Below, one piece after another: positions 21,526 through 30,997 of a stretch of DNA of 64,000 bases. The stretch's first letter is position 1; the number at the start of each line of letters is the position of its first letter. The notes under the pieces are model-generated. The model was not told the DNA's origin. It did not search any database and saw only the letters and a list, made by a program, of their open reading frames with translations. Both the position numbers and the translations under genes were made by a program. The DNA is from Porphyridium purpureum (Eukaryota), in contig VRMN01000003.1 of the NCBI GenBank assembly GCA_008690995.1, positions 1,364,001 to 1,428,000 on the forward strand. The letters are read 5' to 3'.

Positions 21526-21602
21526 AGGAGGTACAGTCAGTGCAGTGTGTGTTACGTCGTGGCGGACGTGGGAAGGTGGAGGGCAGTGACGGAGGCGAAG
21601 AG

Positions 21603-23168
21603 ATGGCGACTGCGTCGATGACGGGTAAACGAAGAAAAGTGGAGGTGTCTGCGCTACGAACGGCAGCGTGTGATGAGGAGGCCCAACTTTCTGGCGCTGC
21701 TGTGGTTGGGGTCCGCGACGCGGTAGGAGTGCAGGCCGAGGGGTCATGTGTGGACGAGAACGAAAGCGATTTGGAACAGACGCAGGAGCAAGAGGGAGAT
21801 GAGGAGACAGATGACAGTACAGATGACAGTACGTCGTCCTCGTCGCACTCGTCTTTGTCCGTGCTGACCCAGCATAGCGACTACCAAAGAAATCTCAGTG
21901 CCATGGGCGAGGGCTTAATGCGCGGCGACGACATGCAGACCGTCATTGACTGCGTCATTGGACGGCCAGGCGTACTTTCGCTGGATTACGACGACGTGCC
22001 TCATTTATCCGAGCTCGCGCGACTCGTGACGTACATTAAAAGGCCAAAGCTTTTGCGGCACCGGCTGTATGAACAGGCTGTGCTGGAGGCGGACCGAGGA
22101 CTCGAGTTTATCGCGAACTTGTTGGCAACAAAGAAAAACATTGTCGTTTTGGCGGGCGCGGGCGTGAGCGTGAGCTGTGGGATACCGGACTTCCGGTCTC
22201 CGGGCGGACTGTATGAGCAGGTAGAACAGAGGTTTGGTCTGCCGGACCCACAGGCGCTCTTTGATATCAACTACTTCATGCGGGACCCATTTCCGTTCTT
22301 TAGCTTTGCGCAGGAAATCTTACCGGATGCTAACATACAGCCATCGCTCACTCATTTACTTTTGCGTGGTCTTGAAAGAGCAAACAAGCTGAGAAGACTG
22401 TATACTCAGAACATTGATGGGCTAGAGAGCAGGGCCGGGATCGAGCGATATGTTCCATGTCATGGATCCTTTCGTACCGTGTCCTGTATAAAATGCGGTT
22501 CGAAAAGTGGAGGAGATAGCATACGCAGCCAGGTAGCCAGGCAACAAATTCCGCTTTGCCCGGTGTGCGTCCCTGAGGCGTCGGAAAAGAGCAAAGACCC
22601 GGAATACATTCGTTCGCTGCTATATGCTGCGAAGCACCTTTCAGGCGTCAACTCGGGCTCGGGCTCGGGCTCGGGCTCGGACTCAGATTCGAGCTCAAGC
22701 TCGGGCACCCGGACAGACTCGGCCTCAGAATCTCCGCGCGCGCGCCTTTCTGCTTCAAACGCCCGGCCTCCGATATTGAAGTATGATGTGGTATTTTTTG
22801 GTGAGCCTCTGGGAGATGAATTCCATGAAAATATCGAGGAAGACTTGATGAGCTGCGATCTCTTGATTGTGATAGGCACGTCATGCAATGTGGCTCCTGT
22901 CGCCAAAATTCCGCTGGCGATTTCGCCGTCGGTCCCGCAGATCCTCATCAATCGTGAACAGATACTTCACCGGCCGGAATTTTTTGACATCGAACTGCTC
23001 GGGAACTGTGATGACATTTCGCGCGCACTTCTCCATTCATGTCCGTGGCTTGCGGATGAGGCTCGTATGCAGCTGTCTATTCCCCAGGACATACTTGAGT
23101 CACCTCCTCCGCATTATGAATTCGTGGCCCCGAATCGCTTTGTGTTTGAGGCGCGCGACAAGCAGTAG
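21603..23168 (+). CDS. SIR2: NAD-dependent deacetylase, class I sirtuin (Sir2/SIRT1-like)
   Basis: GAGVSVSCGIPDFRS, YTQNIDGLE, HGSF, CxxC..CxxC, VVFFGE, IGTS, LINRE. Start set at ATG 21603 because the longer ORF overlaps the MTP gene. Confidence 0.95.
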   Translation: MATASMTGKRRKVEVSALRTAACDEEAQLSGAAVVGVRDAVGVQAEGSCVDENESDLEQTQEQEGDEETDDSTDDSTSSSSHSSLSVLTQHSDYQRNLSAMGEGLMRGDDMQTVIDCVIGRPGVLSLDYDDVPHLSELARLVTYIKRPKLLRHRLYEQAVLEADRGLEFIANLLATKKNIVVLAGAGVSVSCGIPDFRSPGGLYEQVEQRFGLPDPQALFDINYFMRDPFPFFSFAQEILPDANIQPSLTHLLLRGLERANKLRRLYTQNIDGLESRAGIERYVPCHGSFRTVSCIKCGSKSGGDSIRSQVARQQIPLCPVCVPEASEKSKDPEYIRSLLYAAKHLSGVNSGSGSGSGSDSDSSSSSGTRTDSASESPRARLSASNARPPILKYDVVFFGEPLGDEFHENIEEDLMSCDLLIVIGTSCNVAPVAKIPLAISPSVPQILINREQILHRPEFFDIELLGNCDDISRALLHSCPWLADEARMQLSIPQDILESPPPHYEFVAPNRFVFEARDKQ

Positions 23169-23663
23169 AGAAAAGTGTGCGTGGCCATGTAGAATGTGAT
23201 ATCAATCCTCTTGGGCCAGCGGATGGTACATCCGAGTATCTCGTTTCGTTGGCAGATCTGGCCTGTGCTATGCTGCCTGATATATTGCGCAGATCGGACA
23301 CCAGGAGGCACAGCATAGCCCAGCTTGCTTACAAACGCTTCTCCGGGAGGCCACCTTGGAGGCAGCCAGACGAACACCAGACATAGCGTGGCAGGGCAGC
23401 GGAATTTGGGTGATAAACCAGGCGCGCGCAACGTAATTGCGGTTGTAGACTGAACAGGACTAGTTTATATCTTCAAAAGGTTGCCAAGAGCCGTGCTGGG
23501 CCGTTCTCTATGTATTACCGCCCACCTCTTCCCCTTCATTGCCCTGACAAATCGTCTAACCCAACCTGCCACATTCACTCTCGTACGGACGCCCGGCGCA
23601 TAAACTAACCAGCTCGAATGGTTTCATGGTCGACTTTGCACGAGCGCCACACGAAGGATAAAC

Positions 23664-24932
23664 ATGGAGCGGGTCAAACGGCTGCGACCAGCGAATGCGC
23701 CATTCGAAGTGGTGTTCGAGGGAACTGGAAGCCTGTCTGGACGCGCGCGCGTCGGCCGGGTGTTCGGCGCTCATTCACAGGCAACGTCGCAAACACCGGC
23801 CCCATTGTTGCTCAGTCTACGAGGCGCATTTCCCAATCTGCCGGCCGCGCTTGTGCCGCGATGCGGTGTGGCGGGCGAAAACTCCGCGCTCGTCCAGATT
23901 CCCATGTTGGACTTCATTGTGCTGAACGCACAGACGGGATTCTCAGGCGTCGATCTGGTCAATGCACTTGAAAACAAACCGCTGCATGCAATCGCCGACG
24001 CCACTCGGGGCGCGGTGCTTTTCTTGAGTCTCAAGGCCGCAGGCAGCGACGATTTTGCAGATGGCGGGCCTGGAGGAGGACGCAGTAATGCGGTTGGTGG
24101 TGACGGGCGAGGCGGCGCGCGTCGCGTGAAACTCACACCCGCCGAGGTGCTAAAGCTCCAGCGCGCTCTTCAGTGCGATTTTTTCGAGGCGCCGTCAGAA
24201 CAGGCGGTGTTTTACATGAGCGACAATGTTGCAGATCGGTCGGTGGTCAAAACAGCCTCGATGCTGCAAGAGCTTGTGGACGCGGCAGCAGTAGATCCGT
24301 CGCTACAGCTCTTGGGTTCAATTCAGGGAGGCTTTGAGCTTGCGCGCCGTCGCACGGCCGCGGAAGACGTCGCCAAACACGAGAGCCATCTATCTGGGTA
24401 CGTAGTATCAGGTATGAATGGTGGAGAGACCTTGGAGAATCGCATAAAGTGCTTGGCAGAGTGCGTGACCGCGATTTCTTCGCCTCGGCTGCTGAGAGTA
24501 TGCGGCGGCACGGGATCCCCTTCCGAGGTGCTCGAAAGCATCGCGAAGGGCATGGATGTCATTGAAAGCAGCTATCCTTTCGAATCGGCAAACTCGGCGC
24601 TTGCGCTTCGCCTGAGCTCATCTCGACACAAGATGGACCTTCGCGACACAAAGTATCGACTTGACCGCCGGGTGCTGGTGCCAGGTTGTCCCTGTGAGGC
24701 ATGCAGCGGCTACTCTCGCGCTTACATTCACCACTTGATCAATGTACATGAGATTCTAGGCACTTCGCTGCTGGCCATACACAATCTGTACGACTATTGG
24801 TTGTTTTTTGAGCAAATTCGATGCAGCATCTTGCAAGATCGGTTCTTGCGATTTCGGCAGGAGTTTTACGATGCCATGGATGCCCAGGCGTGCGCGGAAG
24901 ATGGCGGCAGCGATACGGAAGGAAATGGGTGA
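23664..24932 (+). CDS. QTRT2: Queuine tRNA-ribosyltransferase accessory subunit
   Basis: TGT-fold features (TP..L, GSIQGG, GMDVIES, GCPCEAC..YSRAYIHHL..HN zinc site) without the catalytic DSGG motif. Confidence 0.85.
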   Translation: MERVKRLRPANAPFEVVFEGTGSLSGRARVGRVFGAHSQATSQTPAPLLLSLRGAFPNLPAALVPRCGVAGENSALVQIPMLDFIVLNAQTGFSGVDLVNALENKPLHAIADATRGAVLFLSLKAAGSDDFADGGPGGGRSNAVGGDGRGGARRVKLTPAEVLKLQRALQCDFFEAPSEQAVFYMSDNVADRSVVKTASMLQELVDAAAVDPSLQLLGSIQGGFELARRRTAAEDVAKHESHLSGYVVSGMNGGETLENRIKCLAECVTAISSPRLLRVCGGTGSPSEVLESIAKGMDVIESSYPFESANSALALRLSSSRHKMDLRDTKYRLDRRVLVPGCPCEACSGYSRAYIHHLINVHEILGTSLLAIHNLYDYWLFFEQIRCSILQDRFLRFRQEFYDAMDAQACAEDGGSDTEGNG

Positions 24933-25021
24933 ATCTAGTTCGGCGCATTTGAAATCATTCGCGTAGTGAGGAAGAGAACCGGGTCTTATCGACTTACACC
25001 GATGCGGAACCACGGCTTGCT

Positions 25022-25921
25022 TTACTGTCTTTTCTCTTTTCGTTTCGGAAGTGCTTCTGCACATGCAGCTTCCCAGCTTGATCCGGCTGCCCTTGCCACC
25101 AGCAAATCAAAAACATGGTTTACCGTGAGCACGCGGTATGTGAGGTCCGCGACGGGTATTCGCTTCACCAAGCACCCTGGAATGCGTCGTGCCTTGTCTA
25201 TCGTGGCGTTTTTGAGGCGGTTGCGATCAACAATACCGCCAATGACGTACAACTCGTCGGGGCTGAGTACATCAAGCTCGTCGTCGGCGTCAGCTGATAA
25301 ATACACCAATGTGCGGCTCGCGGACACGCTTTCGTGATCGATATCCTCATCCGAAACGATGCGCAAGGCCCATGAACGCCAACCGTCGCACGTCTTGTCC
25401 ATCTGGCGCTCCCATCCCGGTGATGCACTGGCGAGCGACAGCCAAATGCATGCGGACGCACCAAGCTCTTCGTCTGCCGCGCGCTTGCTGGCAGCGGCGT
25501 AGCAGAAGCGAATTTGCTTAACGAGTGACTTCTGCTCCTGCTCATTCATGTGCTCCCACCAGGCGCAGTCAATGCACACCCCTAGAACAGCATTCTTCAG
25601 GTTGGACCGTGCACGATCTCTTTTTTCCTGCGCGGCCTTGACGTGCTCGGCTCGCGCCTCTCGAACGGCCGTGATCATGGCATCGCGCTGCGCCACATCT
25701 CCAGCATCGATCGCGCTCTGAAGGCGCTGTTGAAAATTAGTCTGCCGCGCAGCCTTGGCTTCTTCGCGCTGCTTCTTCTTGATAATCTTGGTTTGGGCAT
25801 GGAGCTCTTCTCGTCTCTTCTGCTTCTCCTCGCGGCGCCGCTGGTTCCTGGACACTTGGCCGCATGATGGTTTAATTGCATGATCTGCGCCAAATAACAT
25901 CGTGCTTAGCCATTGGCCCAT
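25022..25921 (-). CDS. TRM10: tRNA m1G9 methyltransferase Trm10
   Basis: IDC..MNEQEQKSLVKQI, LVYLSADA, YVIGGIVDRN, VLTVNHV, ALPKRK; first in-frame ATG at 25921. Confidence 0.92.
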   Translation of the reverse strand: MGQWLSTMLFGADHAIKPSCGQVSRNQRRREEKQKRREELHAQTKIIKKKQREEAKAARQTNFQQRLQSAIDAGDVAQRDAMITAVREARAEHVKAAQEKRDRARSNLKNAVLGVCIDCAWWEHMNEQEQKSLVKQIRFCYAAASKRAADEELGASACIWLSLASASPGWERQMDKTCDGWRSWALRIVSDEDIDHESVSASRTLVYLSADADDELDVLSPDELYVIGGIVDRNRLKNATIDKARRIPGCLVKRIPVADLTYRVLTVNHVFDLLVARAAGSSWEAACAEALPKRKEKRQ

Positions 25922-26138
25922 ACTCCCCAGATTTAACGGATCTCCGAACGCAACACAGACCATCTGCACCGAGAGAAAGAGTATGCTCCTGAATCCTCAC
26001 GCGCAGCAATGGTATCAAGTGGACACGTCTGTCCCAATGTCTCGTAGGGTGCGTGGAAACCGGAGCGGGTGCTGCGAATCGGCTTCTGTCCGTTTAGGAT
26101 CGTCCGGCTGATGATGACGATGGCGGTGTCGATTTCGT

Positions 26139-26405
26139 TCACGCCTGCTGAGGGCAGATATACAGGACGTTGTTCCCGCGAATGAAAGCGTCGCCGTACT
26201 TGTTCTTGAGCTCGCCGAGCACGTACTCCTCGGTCTGTTCTAGCGCGACGTTCATATACCCATCCATGCACGCCAGCACGCCACGAAACTCCGTGCCGTT
26301 ATGCAGCCGCACCACAACGGGCCGCCCTAGCACGCCCTTCAGAAACTCGGACGGTGAGCGCTGCGTCTTGGATCCTCCGTCCCCTCCACCACCCACGTCA
26401 CTCAT
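26139..26405 (-). CDS. LSM6: U6 snRNA-associated Sm-like protein LSm6
   Basis: SPSEFLKGVLGRPVVVRL..G.LACMDGYMNVALEQTEEY..YGDAFIRGNNVLYI. Confidence 0.95.
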   Translation of the reverse strand: MSDVGGGGDGGSKTQRSPSEFLKGVLGRPVVVRLHNGTEFRGVLACMDGYMNVALEQTEEYVLGELKNKYGDAFIRGNNVLYICPQQA

Positions 26406-26662
26406 CCTTTCAACCCCTCCTACACCCCTCGTCACCCTCTCCCTTCTCCCTTCCGGCGCCCGCCCGCCATCTTATTCCCGCAGCGCGTGAACCGTTATGA
26501 ATATCGGTCCGGTTAGGATTGAAATAAACCGCTAACCGTTACCCGGCAGCTGTTAAACTGTTAACCGTTGTGGTTTGCGCACCACTGATCAACTGGCAGG
26601 CGAGCGTGAAGCAGAGCGCGTAGGAATGGTTCGGAGAGAGAAGAAGAACCAAGAGAGAAAGC

Positions 26663-29600
26663 ATGGCGGAGAAGCAAGGCGAGCGTGGGATTCTGACACC
26701 TCGCGGCGCGTGGCCTGTGAGAGTATGCAATCAGGGCACTGCATTAGGGGATGGAAGCACCGAAGACGGTGATGAGGAGGACTTGATTGAGCGCATGCCA
26801 GCGGGCATGCGCCTCTCCGGCGCGATGATGCTGAATGCCAGCGCGAGCACAGACACCTTTGAGATATACAAAAGCGTGCAGACAAATTTGCGTGACATGC
26901 TGTCCCCGCGCACTGACCAGAAGCCTGTCAAACGCCTGAACTCCACCAAGCCAGCGCAGCCGATGTCTGAGTGTGACGTCGACGTTGAGCTCTCTCAATC
27001 GCGGCGCCGCACTGGGGAGCGCAATCATGTGCCCGCAAGCAGCTCAAACACGCCTCGCAGACGCGATACACAAGCTACGGGAGACGCAACGGAGGAGCAG
27101 AACAATTTCCAGTCAGGCTCCAACACAGACAAACAGGACGGTTTTCTTGGCTGTCGCCTCGATTCTCGCGAAGTGAATTTCGATTCCGACGACACGGACC
27201 TGAGCCAAGACCATGACTTTGGCGATTGCGATGAAGATGAGCTAGCAACGCTGGAAAAGGTGCACATCTTTGAACCCCAGTTCAAGCCGCTCATGATATC
27301 CCGCGACTCTGCTCTAGCGGGATTTTCTACCGGACCTCAAGAAATTCAATGTGATGGAATGGGAAGCGGCAGTCTAAGCTCCGCCAGCACGCACAGCAGA
27401 ACAAGTTCACGCAGTTGCATAGGCGGGTCGGGGACCTCAGGCACAGATAAGAAACATGCTCTGCAGAAGAGACGGACAGACACAAGACCCAGACTCAATT
27501 CAGGATTATCTTCACCTGTGGCGGAGCGCGATCACGCGTCGAATATGGGTGGTGACGACGCCAAAACTACCGCCAAGATAGAAGCTTGGACCAAGTGTGT
27601 AACACTTGAGCTACATCGAAGAGAGCAGTTTTCGCTAACAATGGAGTGGCTATCCACTCTGGTTGACACGTACACACGAATTCTGTCACGAATTTCGTAT
27701 GAGCTCCATGCTTGGTATGCATTGCTTCATGCCAAAGTTGAGTCTTTGAAGAGCACCGCGGTATCACTATTAATGGCGAGGGAACGTGCCGCCGTCAAAT
27801 GCAGTTCGTATCTGGCTTCAATGAAAGGCTCAAAGACTAACACAAGCCCTCACGACCACATGAAAGAACAAGAAGTAATTTTTCATAGCCAAGTGACTGA
27901 GCTTGCATGTAAGAGCCACGCCGATTTTCGAGCCATAACATCGATTTCGCAGTACGTTGAAACGCTTCGGAAACAATCGGACGCGTCTTCTGTACAAGGA
28001 GAGGCCAACAAGGGCGTGCGGAATTTTGACATGGTTCGCGTGTTTGTGGATCCATCCGAAGACCAATTGTCATTGACTGCCATGCCTGAGGACCTGCAGT
28101 CTTGCTCTCGCGAAGACGGATGCGCAGAATTAGAAGCCGAGTCCCCCGCGTCGCTCGTCTCTTTTGCTGACGAAAACTCTACGTTCGAGCGCTTTTTCGA
28201 GCAGGAATTGAATTTGATGGACTCTATATTTTTGAAAGACTTAAAGCTGGCCCTGCTCCACTTTCGGGCGGCAGAGCGGCTCGAAAGTGAGCTTCTGGAT
28301 CAAAACCTGTGTTTGCTCCTTGAGGAGTGTAATTCTTTGTGCGAGTCGCTTGTATCTGAAGATCAGGCCATCAAGGGGCGCCTTAGGAGCTCGGATCAGT
28401 TTATCGACACCCATTGGTCTGCGCTTGCCTCCCAATATGAAGCTGCTTTCAAGGGCGATCAGCGCTTCCAGGAGCTCAAGCTGTCCACGCGGAGGGCATG
28501 GCAGCACCCTTCCAACTCTGTCCAGAGCCCGGATGCAGCCAACGACCAAGGCGCCAGAACCGTGAAGAATGCGTCGGCATTTGACGATACATGGCTCAAA
28601 GAGCTTCGATACAGACTCGCATGTGATTCGCAAAGTATTCTTGTCCATTCAAGTATTGTTTCTCTCCGCCGAAGTATGGTCACAGCCGTGTTCGAATTTG
28701 AGCAGCGCAGGAGGCCGGCGGTTTTGCGCATCGCAGAGACTTTGGGCCGAATCGAGGAGGAACTGAAGTCGGAGCAGGCGCTTGCGCAGGCACTCGTCAT
28801 ACAAGAATTTCGCGCCACGAAGCGGTATCTCGACGTAGATTCCGGGGCCTTTGATGAGGAAGCTTGGAGAAATTTCCGAGACACTGTTCATGGAGTGGAA
28901 GCGAAGATGTCACCAGGAGGACTCACGGGTCTACATGAGCATGGTCACACGCTTGATGAGGAGCACGCCAGCGAAACGAGGACGAAAACGTTCGGTCCGA
29001 GGCCCAATGAACAGAGCATAGTGCGTGCTTTGCACATTCAGGGATCCTATGCTGCCGCAGAAGCAACAGTAGGCTTGGAGCGCGGTGGCATGCTCAAATT
29101 ACTGTGCAACTGCCATGTGCTGGAAACACATCCGGTTGGGTCGACTTCACTGCTTGGGTCCGGCTTTGTCGTCAAAGCCACCGTGCTCAAGTACTTATCG
29201 CCCGGGAAGCAACAGCAGATAGCAGACCTGTCTGACCGGCATGTCCTTGCAGCTGCGCTGGCTCATGGAAGCTGGTCTTACGTCCTCTTGTGCCTGACCC
29301 TTGACGAGGTGGTTCATGTGATCGAGATTCCGGACAGTATCATGGATGCCATACAATTCCATGAACGTGGCGATACCTCCACAGCGGTACCATCTACTCC
29401 TTCGGCCCGGGGCCCGACTACTTGCACGCCAGGACGCGCTTCGACCAGGAAGGTTTCCTCGTGGAACTCCACGAGGAACATGGGCGAGCGGGTCATACGT
29501 GAGATTTTGGTTGACCACTATGCGCGGCGTGAAAATGATACCGAACTGCCAGCCACGCTGCTCCAGCCAAAAATTAGCATGGCGCGAAGGTTTTGCTCGG

Positions 29601-29860
29601 CTTCCGGCCTCGACGATAAAACTTTCCGTGTCCGCGAGAAATACACAAAGAGGGGCATTTCGCGTTTTTTCCGCAAGGATGTCACGCGCGTGCTCGTGTT
29701 CGAAACAACTTCTTCGCGCGACATGCGTGACTGGCTCAGCCTGCTGGACAACCCGGAGCTCGTAAGCTCCGTCCAGGATGGCCTTTCCCAAGCTAAGCTC
29801 CAGGAGCACGATCGCTTGTCTCAGGGACTTTCCTCGTCATCAGCTCCCGAGTATCTGTAG
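26663..29860 (+). CDS. Hypothetical 1065 aa protein: disordered N-terminus, helical/coiled-coil core, probable C-terminal PH-like domain
   Basis: Long uninterrupted ORF. The C-terminal VLVFETTSSRDMRDWLSLL resembles the PH terminal strand and helix. Confidence 0.7.
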   Translation: MAEKQGERGILTPRGAWPVRVCNQGTALGDGSTEDGDEEDLIERMPAGMRLSGAMMLNASASTDTFEIYKSVQTNLRDMLSPRTDQKPVKRLNSTKPAQPMSECDVDVELSQSRRRTGERNHVPASSSNTPRRRDTQATGDATEEQNNFQSGSNTDKQDGFLGCRLDSREVNFDSDDTDLSQDHDFGDCDEDELATLEKVHIFEPQFKPLMISRDSALAGFSTGPQEIQCDGMGSGSLSSASTHSRTSSRSCIGGSGTSGTDKKHALQKRRTDTRPRLNSGLSSPVAERDHASNMGGDDAKTTAKIEAWTKCVTLELHRREQFSLTMEWLSTLVDTYTRILSRISYELHAWYALLHAKVESLKSTAVSLLMARERAAVKCSSYLASMKGSKTNTSPHDHMKEQEVIFHSQVTELACKSHADFRAITSISQYVETLRKQSDASSVQGEANKGVRNFDMVRVFVDPSEDQLSLTAMPEDLQSCSREDGCAELEAESPASLVSFADENSTFERFFEQELNLMDSIFLKDLKLALLHFRAAERLESELLDQNLCLLLEECNSLCESLVSEDQAIKGRLRSSDQFIDTHWSALASQYEAAFKGDQRFQELKLSTRRAWQHPSNSVQSPDAANDQGARTVKNASAFDDTWLKELRYRLACDSQSILVHSSIVSLRRSMVTAVFEFEQRRRPAVLRIAETLGRIEEELKSEQALAQALVIQEFRATKRYLDVDSGAFDEEAWRNFRDTVHGVEAKMSPGGLTGLHEHGHTLDEEHASETRTKTFGPRPNEQSIVRALHIQGSYAAAEATVGLERGGMLKLLCNCHVLETHPVGSTSLLGSGFVVKATVLKYLSPGKQQQIADLSDRHVLAAALAHGSWSYVLLCLTLDEVVHVIEIPDSIMDAIQFHERGDTSTAVPSTPSARGPTTCTPGRASTRKVSSWNSTRNMGERVIREILVDHYARRENDTELPATLLQPKISMARRFCSASGLDDKTFRVREKYTKRGISRFFRKDVTRVLVFETTSSRDMRDWLSLLDNPELVSSVQDGLSQAKLQEHDRLSQGLSSSSAPEYL

Positions 29861-29890
29861 GACGCACCACAATGACGTTAACCACAGACA

Positions 29891-30772
29891 TCACTCTGGC
29901 GAGTAGGAAAGGAAGAATTCGGCCTTTTGCTTCACGAGCTCCGTGTAAGAGTGGGAGCGGACATCATGCTGCTCCTCCAAAGCATGAAGCGCGCCTTTCG
30001 TGAGCTCGTGCACTGTGGGTCGCACGAGTGCATCGAGGTTTCTGGAACGGACAACTTCGTCGCCGTATTCGGTGCACAGACGGCTGATTTCGCTGGCCCG
30101 CGCCGAGTCAGAAATCTCCTTGAAAAGATATATCCAGAAGGAGTCCGGCACCGTATGCAGCCAAGAGTTACCGGGCCGGTAGACTTCGTCCCATAGCTGC
30201 ATGTACTCGATTCTCATGCGATCCTCAGCACCAACGGCGCCTGCCATGAGCTGAGCGTGGGACACGACAACCTGCAGTACCCACTCGTCGGACACTAGCG
30301 TGGCCTTCTTACGGCGCAGGCGACCAAGCATCTGCACGACCATGCCCACCCTGAGGTCAAAGCGCGTACGGTTCAGTTCTGAGTCCAGCCATTCGTTGGA
30401 GCGCTCGCCCAACTCATCACGCACGGCCACGCTGTACGCCTCGCTGTCTTCAATGCAGCAGCGCAGCTGCACTGCTTGACTCGCATCGCCCGTATGAGTG
30501 CCATCGTCTAGAAAAATGTGAGAAAAGTTCTTATTGTGCTGCGTGTACACAATCATGCCCATCACCGCACAGTGTGTGACACGCAACGGCGAATGGCCCG
30601 GCAGCGCACATGCTGCGCCCGATCGAGCTCCACGAGCCTGGCACGCGCACTTGAGGCAAAACGCCACGGGCCAACTGTTCGGTATCACCTCGAGGAAGCG
30701 CAAGCAGCATGACAGCAGGCGCACGTGCACATGCTCAAAACTTCGGTCGATGCCACCGGCGCTCGGATCCAT
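29891..30772 (-). CDS. STN1: OB-fold protein, STN1/RPA32-like (CST complex subunit candidate)
   Basis: AVMGMIV..IFLDDGT..LRVGMVVQMLGRLR..LQVVV..LWDEVY follows the Stn1 N-terminal OB pattern. Confidence 0.6.
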   Translation of the reverse strand: MDPSAGGIDRSFEHVHVRLLSCCLRFLEVIPNSWPVAFCLKCACQARGARSGAACALPGHSPLRVTHCAVMGMIVYTQHNKNFSHIFLDDGTHTGDASQAVQLRCCIEDSEAYSVAVRDELGERSNEWLDSELNRTRFDLRVGMVVQMLGRLRRKKATLVSDEWVLQVVVSHAQLMAGAVGAEDRMRIEYMQLWDEVYRPGNSWLHTVPDSFWIYLFKEISDSARASEISRLCTEYGDEVVRSRNLDALVRPTVHELTKGALHALEEQHDVRSHSYTELVKQKAEFFLSYSPE

Positions 30773-30997
30773 GCGGCATTGTGGTGCAAGGCGCCAAGCG
30801 TTCGACGCGTAAGTTAACACAAAGTGGCCAGGGGTACAGACTTGTGTCTGGTGTGAACATGCGAAGAAGCACGCAACACTTCGGTGGAGACCTGAGCAAC
30901 TCTGATGGATGTATTTCGCGCACGAGGAAACAACAAAAAAAAAAAAAAAAAAAAACAGGACCTTACATGTGGTGTTGTGTTTCTTTCACGGAAAGGC

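Noticed and set aside
21132..21602. N-terminal extension of the Sir2 ORF
   Set aside because: It starts at a non-ATG codon, overlaps the MTP gene antisense and runs through a promoter repeat.
23664..26405. QTRT2-TRM10-LSM6 as an RNA-modification operon-like cluster
   Set aside because: Orientations are mixed and no shared regulatory motif is visible; adjacency alone is weak evidence.
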